This document shows positions 57,762 to 64,000 of a DNA stretch of 64,000 nucleotides, piece by piece; the stretch's first letter is position 1, and each line of letters begins with the position of its first letter. Source of the DNA: an uncultured Alphaproteobacteria bacterium (GTDB lineage Bacteria > Pseudomonadota > Alphaproteobacteria > RF32 > CAG-239); NCBI GenBank assembly GCA_944391705.1, contig CALXUN010000002.1, forward strand, positions 8,279-72,278. Reading direction: 5' to 3'. Both the position numbers and the translations under genes were made by a program. A model generated the notes under the pieces. That model was not told the DNA's origin, made no database searches, and was given only the letters and a program-made list of their open reading frames with translations.

Positions 57762-58127
57762 TTATCTTGCCAATGCTTCCTCCTCTTCCTTTTGCCTTTC
57801 TGTCATCGGCTGCAATGATGTTGAATATTGCTCCTGATATGGCGCTTCTTCTTTTTCCCATTCATCTTCATCCTCATATTCAAACCCGTACCATTGCCGA
57901 AACTTTGCACCGTTTTCTTTGACATATGCTTCAAGCTGCTCTTCAACTTCTTTCATGTCTTTGGCCTCCCTGATAATATCGGCCATATCCCTTATTTCTC
58001 TTTCACTTAATTTATAGGCTTCCGGGTATTTGTATTTGATATATCCGTATTTATCTCCAAAACGCCGCGACAGCTCCTCGTCATGCTCGTTTTCATAGAT
58101 TTTACCGTTTATACTTTGATAGGGCAT
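57762..58127 (-). CDS. Hypothetical acidic protein, upstream partner of 57063-57749
   Basis: 121 aa, rich in Glu, Asp and Tyr, 12 nt upstream of the Gly-rich gene. Confidence 0.45.
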   Translation of the reverse strand: MPYQSINGKIYENEHDEELSRRFGDKYGYIKYKYPEAYKLSEREIRDMADIIREAKDMKEVEEQLEAYVKENGAKFRQWYGFEYEDEDEWEKEEAPYQEQYSTSLQPMTERQKEEEEALAR

Positions 58128-58369
58128 GTTGTCTCCTTTCTTTGTTGGTTAAAAGTTAATCTTCAAAGAAAGGTTATCATCTTTGATATGCTTTTGTCTT
58201 GTATCGCGTTGTATCTTTTTGCCCACTCTTGCACTCTTTTGCACAAACTTGCTTAAAGTTGCTCAATCTTGTATCGCTTGGCGCAAAGCGGGCATACTCG
58301 CCCGAAATTTTCCAGTATACAAAAAAGCACTGCTGACAAGCAACAGTGCTTTGACCGACTTTGGCAAAA

Positions 58370-59428
58370 TTATTTCAAAAGTGAGTTACCGTTAAAATAA
58401 TTAATCCCCATGGCGGTTTTAACCTCCTGCAGCGTCTGTTCGGCAACAGCCCGCGCTTTATGGCTTCCCTTTTCAAGCATGGCAAAAACGCCGCCCAGAT
58501 CTTTGGCAAATTCCTCGCGTTTTTCACGGATAGGCTTTAATTCATTTTGCAAAATCTCATTTAAAAACTTTTTAACGGTTCCGTCGCCCAAACCGCCGCG
58601 TTGATAATGCGCCTTCATCTCGTCCAGGTTCTGATATGCCGGCAAAAACGCAGCAAAATGTTCATCTTTGCAAAATGCATCAAGATAAATAAAGACCGGA
58701 TTGTTTTCCGTATGTCCCGGATCCTCAATCCGTAAATGTGTAGGATCGGTAAACATACTCTGCACTTTTTTCTTTATTTCGTTTGCCGTATCGGAAAGAT
58801 AAATGCAATTGCCCAAAGACTTGCTCATTTTCGCCGCACCGTCAAGCCCCGGCAGACGCGAACAGCGGCTGTTTTCCGGCAGCACGGCTTCCGGCTCGAC
58901 CAAAACTTCCTTATACTGCTGATTAAATGAACGCACAATCTCACGGGTTTGCTCAATCATCGGCAATTGGTCATCACCGACCGGCACCAGATTAGCCTTA
59001 AACGCGGTTATATCTGCGGCCTGGCTGATCGGATAAGTAAAAAAGCCGACCGGAATGCTTTGTTTAAATCCCCGCATCTGAATTTCATTTTTAACCGTAG
59101 GGTTTCTCTGCAAACGGGAAACCGTCACCAGATTCATATAATAAAACGATAACTCGCACAACTCCGGAATTTGTGACTGAATAAAGATTGTCGACTTTTC
59201 GGGATCCAGCCCGCAAGCCAGATAATCCAGCGCCACTTCGGAAATATTGTCGCGTACTTTGGTAATATTTCCGGCATTATCGGTTAAAGCCTGAGCATCG
59301 GCAATCATAATATAAATTGTATCGTATTTTCCGCTGTTTTGCATTTCCACCCGGCGCTTCAGGGAACCGACATAATGTCCCAGATGAAGCCTGCCGGTCG
59401 GGCGGTCGCCTGTCAAAATCACATCCAT
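58370..59428 (-). CDS. trpS: Tryptophanyl-tRNA synthetase
   Basis: HIGH-type motif [12 protein letters not shown] and KMSKS. Start set at the ATG at 59428 ([12 protein letters not shown]) after GGAAGGA. The track start at 59461 is GTG. Confidence 0.9.
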   Translation of the reverse strand: MDVILTGDRPTGRLHLGHYVGSLKRRVEMQNSGKYDTIYIMIADAQALTDNAGNITKVRDNISEVALDYLACGLDPEKSTIFIQSQIPELCELSFYYMNLVTVSRLQRNPTVKNEIQMRGFKQSIPVGFFTYPISQAADITAFKANLVPVGDDQLPMIEQTREIVRSFNQQYKEVLVEPEAVLPENSRCSRLPGLDGAAKMSKSLGNCIYLSDTANEIKKKVQSMFTDPTHLRIEDPGHTENNPVFIYLDAFCKDEHFAAFLPAYQNLDEMKAHYQRGGLGDGTVKKFLNEILQNELKPIREKREEFAKDLGGVFAMLEKGSHKARAVAEQTLQEVKTAMGINYFNGNSLLK

Positions 59429-59496
59429 TTTCTTATCCTTCCAGTTTTTTTGAAATAACACAGCCCCGGACGCTTGTCAAGCACCGCTGAATTTCC

Positions 59497-59545
59497 CTTG
59501 TATAAAAGCCCCGCCGGGGTTTCTCCCGAACGGGGCTTTTTTTCA
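59497..59545. terminator. Bidirectional terminator between the acrB-like gene and trpS
   Basis: GCCCCG...CGGGGC hairpin with T-runs on both strands. Confidence 0.6.
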
Positions 59546-59554
59546 TGAGCCTGC

Positions 59555-62500
59555 TTATTTGCTCTTGGTTTTAGGGGTTTCTGTCTGCACTTTTTTGCTA
59601 AGGTGTTCCATCACTGTCTCTATCAAAACATACAACAACGGAATAACAATCAATCCCCCGGCCGTACCAATCAGCATGCCGTAAAACACCGGAACACCAA
59701 TGGCAACACGGCTGCCGGCACCGGCACCGCTGGCAATAATCAACGGAAACACACCCAAAATGAAAGTAAAAGCTGTCATCAGCACGGCACGGAATCTTTC
59801 ACGCGTTCCGGCAACCGCTGCTTTCTGGATGCTCATGCCTTTCTCACGTTCATCTTTGGCAAATTCCACAATCAAAATGGCGTTTTTACTTGCCAAACCC
59901 ACCAGCAGCACCAGACCCAGCTGAGCATAAATACTCAAAGGCATACCGGTAATGAGCAAACCTAAGAAAGCTCCCAAAACCGCCACCGTAACCGAGGTCA
60001 AAACCGATACCGGCAGCATCCAGCTCTCATACTGGGCAACCAGGAACAAATAACCAAACACAACAGCCAACGCTATCAGCATACCGACCTGACCGCTGTT
60101 TTGACGCTCCTGCAAGCTCATGCCCGACCATTCATAACTGTATCCTTCCGGCAAAGCTTCATCAGCAAGTTCTTCCAGAGCCGCCATAGCCTGACCGCTA
60201 CTCACGGAAGGGCTGGCCATAGCCGTAATGGTAGCACTCGGATATTGGTTATAACGCTCAATGCTTCGCGGCGCCTGAATAACTTTAACCGATATCAGGC
60301 TGCCCAAAGGCACCATATTGCCGGTAGAACTCTGGACATAAAGTTTGCCGATACTGTCAATATCCTTACGATACGGCCAGTCAGCCTGTATCATAACCTT
60401 ATTGACCTGCGTACCGATATTGATATCGTTGACATAACTTGAACCCAGGTAACTTTGTAAAACCGAATAAATGCTGCTTATCGGCACATTCATAACTTCG
60501 GCTTTTTCTTTGTTGATTTCAATGTAAGCATGAGGCGTTTCTGCCGTATACGTTGAAAAAGCATATGAAATTTCCGGCAATTGTTGTGCTTTACTTAAAA
60601 AGCTGCGCAAGACCGATTCCAAATGTTTCGGATCCGTATCATCCAAAGCCTGTAAACGGAAATCCATACCGCCGGTTGTCCCCAGCCCCGGAATAGCCGG
60701 AAATTCAAACAGGTTGATTTCCGCATCCGGAATTTGCGAAAACTTGGCACTTAAACGATTGAGAATATTGGTCGAATATTCAGAATCTTCCTTACGGTCA
60801 CCCCAGGTTTTCAGACTGATAACCGACATGGCAACGTTTTCGCCCTGACCGGACAACATACTAAATCCCATAATCGTCATAACAGACTGAACGCTTTTTT
60901 CTTCTTTGATAATCGGCAGAATTTCATCCATAACCTTTTCAACACGCGGCTGGGTAGCGCCTTCCGGCAGCTGAATATTTGCCAGAATAACACCTTGGTC
61001 TTCTGCCGGAATAAACGTCGTATTGCTGATTTTTAAGAAGATGCCGTTAAATAACAGCAACAATCCCAAAAACAACGCAATAACACTGACCTTTCGGGCA
61101 AAATAAGCCACAATTGCCAAATATTTATTACGGGTTTTGGACAGCATTTTGTTAAACCATGCCAGCGGTCCGTGCTTAACCGGCGTTAACGGACGAAGCA
61201 AAGTCGCACATAAAGCCGGCGACAAAGTCAGAGCATTAATACCTGAGAATAAAACCGCAAATGAAATGGAAATAGCAAATTGCTGATAAATTTTACCGGT
61301 AATACCGCCCAAAAAAGCAATTGGCACGAAAATCGCCATCAACACCAGAGTTGTTGCGATAACCGCGCTTGAAACCTGTTCCATGGCTTTAATGGCGGCT
61401 TCTTTTGGCGCCAGATGTTCTTCTTCCATCAGCGTCAAAACACGTTCGACCACCACGATGGCATCATCAACCACCAAACCGATAGCCAAAACCAGACCGA
61501 ACAAAGTCAAGATGTTCAAGCTGAAACCAAGAGCCAGCATAACGGCAAAAGTAGCCAACAATGACACCGGAATGGCAATTGACGGGATAAGGGTTGAACG
61601 CCAGTCTTGCAAAAAGACATAACACACACCGATAACCAAAGCAAAGGTCAACACAAGCGTCAAAACCACTTCTTCAATGGAAGCAACGATATACTCCGTC
61701 GCATCATAAAAGATGGAAACTTCAAAATCATCCGGATAAAAATGAGACAATCTTTCCAATTCTGCTTTCAACGCCGTCATGGCCTGAATGGCATTTGCAC
61801 CGGACAGCGTATTTAAAGAAATGGCCACGGAAGGCGCACCGTCGCGCTCGGATTTAACCATGTAAGTTTCAGTTCCGATTTCAACCTTGGCAATATCTTT
61901 TAAACGCACCAAACCACCGTCTTGCTCGGTGCGGACAATAATATTCTCAAAATCTTTTGCCTCGTTTAAACGTCCCTGTGTTTGCAAAGAATACATCATC
62001 TGCTGACCGCCGTCGCCCGGCATCGCACCGACCGAACCCAAAGACGGCTGATAGTTTTGGCTTTCAATCGCTGCCTGAACGGTACTGATTGGAATATTCA
62101 AAGCCGTAATTTTATCGGCATCCAGCCATACGCGCATACTCAAAGGCGCAGCGTGAACGCTGACATCACCCACACCATATACGCGGCTTAAGTTGTTTTT
62201 AATATTGTTTTCAACATAGTTGCTTAAAAACTGCGTATCATGTGTGCCTTTCGGCGAACGTATATTTAAGAACCCCAAAATATCCGATGAACGACGGCGC
62301 ACGCTGATACCATATTGCTGCACCTCGGCCGGAAGTTTATTTACCGCCTGTTGTACGCGGTTTTGCACTTTAACTTGTGCCATATCAGGATCAGTACCAA
62401 CTTCAAAGCTGACCGTCAAACTATAATCACCGGAGTTGGAAGAGGTAGATTCCATATAAAGCATATCTTCCACCCCGTTGACTTCCTGTTCAATTGGGAT

Positions 62501-62689
62501 ACCGATGGTACTGGCCACCACATCCGCACTGGCGCCTGTATAGTTTGCCGAAACATAAACCTGCGGCGGCGTAATCTGCGGATACAAGGAAATTGGCAGT
62601 GAGAAAAGAGAGATAACGCCGGCAATCGTCATCACGATGGCAATAACCATCGCAAAACGCGGACGCTCAATAAAAATCTTTGAAAACAT
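59555..62689 (-). CDS. RND multidrug efflux transporter (AcrB/HAE1 family)
   Basis: 1044 aa, 12 TM helices with two large periplasmic loops. Conserved AcrB sequence throughout. Confidence 0.9.
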   Translation of the reverse strand: MFSKIFIERPRFAMVIAIVMTIAGVISLFSLPISLYPQITPPQVYVSANYTGASADVVASTIGIPIEQEVNGVEDMLYMESTSSNSGDYSLTVSFEVGTDPDMAQVKVQNRVQQAVNKLPAEVQQYGISVRRRSSDILGFLNIRSPKGTHDTQFLSNYVENNIKNNLSRVYGVGDVSVHAAPLSMRVWLDADKITALNIPISTVQAAIESQNYQPSLGSVGAMPGDGGQQMMYSLQTQGRLNEAKDFENIIVRTEQDGGLVRLKDIAKVEIGTETYMVKSERDGAPSVAISLNTLSGANAIQAMTALKAELERLSHFYPDDFEVSIFYDATEYIVASIEEVVLTLVLTFALVIGVCYVFLQDWRSTLIPSIAIPVSLLATFAVMLALGFSLNILTLFGLVLAIGLVVDDAIVVVERVLTLMEEEHLAPKEAAIKAMEQVSSAVIATTLVLMAIFVPIAFLGGITGKIYQQFAISISFAVLFSGINALTLSPALCATLLRPLTPVKHGPLAWFNKMLSKTRNKYLAIVAYFARKVSVIALFLGLLLLFNGIFLKISNTTFIPAEDQGVILANIQLPEGATQPRVEKVMDEILPIIKEEKSVQSVMTIMGFSMLSGQGENVAMSVISLKTWGDRKEDSEYSTNILNRLSAKFSQIPDAEINLFEFPAIPGLGTTGGMDFRLQALDDTDPKHLESVLRSFLSKAQQLPEISYAFSTYTAETPHAYIEINKEKAEVMNVPISSIYSVLQSYLGSSYVNDINIGTQVNKVMIQADWPYRKDIDSIGKLYVQSSTGNMVPLGSLISVKVIQAPRSIERYNQYPSATITAMASPSVSSGQAMAALEELADEALPEGYSYEWSGMSLQERQNSGQVGMLIALAVVFGYLFLVAQYESWMLPVSVLTSVTVAVLGAFLGLLITGMPLSIYAQLGLVLLVGLASKNAILIVEFAKDEREKGMSIQKAAVAGTRERFRAVLMTAFTFILGVFPLIIASGAGAGSRVAIGVPVFYGMLIGTAGGLIVIPLLYVLIETVMEHLSKKVQTETPKTKSK

Positions 62690-62707
62690 TGTCTTGCTTT
62701 CTCCTTT

Positions 62708-63862
62708 TTACTCGGCCGGCTGAATAACGGCTGAGCGGACTTTTGTACCATCCTGGACTTTCTGTAAGCCTTGAATAATCACCTTATCACCGGCTTTTAA
62801 GCCTTCTTTAACAATCTGGTTGGAACCGATAACATCACCCAAAACCAGGCGGCGTTCTTCGGCAACTTCATCATCATTAACGATAAAAGTATAAAAACCA
62901 TGCTCATCCTGGGCAAGGGAGGCTTGCGGAATAACCACGTTGGTATCCGGCTCACCTTTAAACAAAGCTATCTGGACATAGTTGCCCGGCAGCAGTTTTT
63001 CATCAATATTGGCAAAATCTGTATAAATCGAAACCGTTGCCGTATCGGTGCTGACTTCATTATCGGCAAAACGCGAACTGAAGTCTTCTATCATATCTTT
63101 GCCGTCCGGCAATGTGATTCTTGCTTTCATATCGACATCAGAATCGGCCTCATACTGTTCTTTAAGATTTAAAAATTCACGGTCGGTAAGTGAAAAGGTC
63201 ACACGAACCGGGCTGACCTGAACAATCCTTGCCAAAACCTGTGAAGAAGTTGTCACATAGTTGCCTTTGGTAACCAGAGCCTTGCCGATATAACCGCTGA
63301 TCGGAGCCTTAACTTCGGTATAGCCCAAATCGATTTTAGCCAGTTCCAAATTGGCCTCAGCCTGTTTCACGGCTGCCTGCCCTTGCAAATAAGCACTTTC
63401 CGCCGCATCAAAAGTTGCTTTGGAGGCAATGTTTTGCTTGCTTAATTTAAGCTGGCGGTTATAGTTGCGTTCGGCTTCAATAAGATTTGCTTTGGCACTG
63501 GCCAGCTCCGCTTCTCTTAAATTAAACGTCGCCTGATAACGGTCGCGGTCAATAACAAACAACACATCGCCGGCTTTAACAAAGCTGCCTTCTTTAAACA
63601 AAACATCATCAACCGTACCGGTTACCTGCGGCTGCAGATTGACGCTGTTAATTGCTTCGACATGGGCAATATGCTCTTTAGCCTGCATTGTATTCTGGGC
63701 CTGAATTTCCTGAACCAGAACATAAGGCTCCTGCTGGCCGCCCATATTTGCGCCGTAATCCGGGCTTAAACGCCCTTTTAAGTACCAGCCGATACCGACA
63801 CAAATCAAAAAATACGCCAAATTTTTTAAAATAACACTTTTCTTCGGTTTACTTACTCGCAT
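62708..63862 (-). CDS. RND efflux periplasmic adaptor (membrane fusion protein, AcrA-like)
   Basis: Signal anchor, coiled-coil hairpin, and the lipoyl, beta-barrel and MP domains typical of the HlyD/AcrA family. Confidence 0.85.
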   Translation of the reverse strand: MRVSKPKKSVILKNLAYFLICVGIGWYLKGRLSPDYGANMGGQQEPYVLVQEIQAQNTMQAKEHIAHVEAINSVNLQPQVTGTVDDVLFKEGSFVKAGDVLFVIDRDRYQATFNLREAELASAKANLIEAERNYNRQLKLSKQNIASKATFDAAESAYLQGQAAVKQAEANLELAKIDLGYTEVKAPISGYIGKALVTKGNYVTTSSQVLARIVQVSPVRVTFSLTDREFLNLKEQYEADSDVDMKARITLPDGKDMIEDFSSRFADNEVSTDTATVSIYTDFANIDEKLLPGNYVQIALFKGEPDTNVVIPQASLAQDEHGFYTFIVNDDEVAEERRLVLGDVIGSNQIVKEGLKAGDKVIIQGLQKVQDGTKVRSAVIQPAE

Positions 63863-64000
63863 CTTCAGTCCTTTCCTTTTTAAGACCGTTAAATATTAAA
63901 TTAAAACTTTCTTCAATCATAACCTTTAAATCTACCGTGCAGCGTTTGCTCATATAAGCATTCAAAATCCCCGTCCACATATTCATAATAATGGACACCA
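63849..64000 (-). CDS. 3' end of a gene cut off by the window edge, upstream of acrA; possibly a cognate regulator
   Basis: Frame open from the window edge to the TAA at 63849-63851, overlapping the acrA start. Helical C-terminal peptide ...MSKRCTVDLKVMIEESFNLIFNGLKKERTEDASK. Confidence 0.25.
   Translation of the reverse strand, partial: VSIIMNMWTGILNAYMSKRCTVDLKVMIEESFNLIFNGLKKERTEDASK

Noticed and set aside
1-64000. Transposases, integrases, tRNA or rRNA genes
   Set aside because: None of the ORFs has transposase or integrase signatures. No tRNA-like T-arm or anticodon-arm patterns, and no rRNA-like conserved blocks, were seen in the intergenic regions.

Overview
This is a low-GC (about 40%) bacterial window with alphaproteobacterial-style gene order. 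Its backbone is a near-complete S10-spc-alpha ribosomal protein cluster on the minus strand, running rpsJ through rpoA (22.1-36.9 kb) with secY and adk embedded, and with no infA or rpmJ inside it. Housekeeping genes surround it: infA, murJ, rlmH, mutY, acpP-fabF, adhE, two LDH-family dehydrogenases, trmB, lnt-ybeY-phoH-miaB, folD, trpS and an acrAB-type RND efflux pair. Between these blocks are several accessory features that look undescribed.
(1) Two paralogous cassettes, each with a sigma70-like promoter, a structured RNA of about 150 nt ending in an intrinsic terminator, and a small XRE-type HTH gene. They sit at 17.1-17.6 kb on the plus strand and 56.2-56.7 kb on the minus strand, with compensatory changes in the terminator stems.
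(2) A 636-aa secreted protein that is extremely Cys-rich and built from tandem C-x-G-Y...GCYKC modules. A TlpA-like thiol-disulfide oxidoreductase sits directly upstream of it. A single-module relative appears as a small ORF near 10 kb.
(3) A vWA (TerY-like) - PP2C phosphatase - Hanks-type Ser/Thr kinase triad, preceded by a tiny lipoprotein ORF.
(4) Two prepilin-like paralogs that share a duplicated upstream region and leader cassette. The cassette carries a recurrent GTGTAC-N7/8-GTACAC palindromic motif, which occurs a third time downstream of rpoA.
(5) About 2.4 copies of a 175-bp tandem repeat in the place downstream of rpoA where rplQ would be expected.
(6) Irregularities in the ribosomal operon: a terminator after rplO, an inserted gene encoding a protein with an internal repeat, and no rplQ.
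No tRNA, rRNA, CRISPR array or transposase was found.
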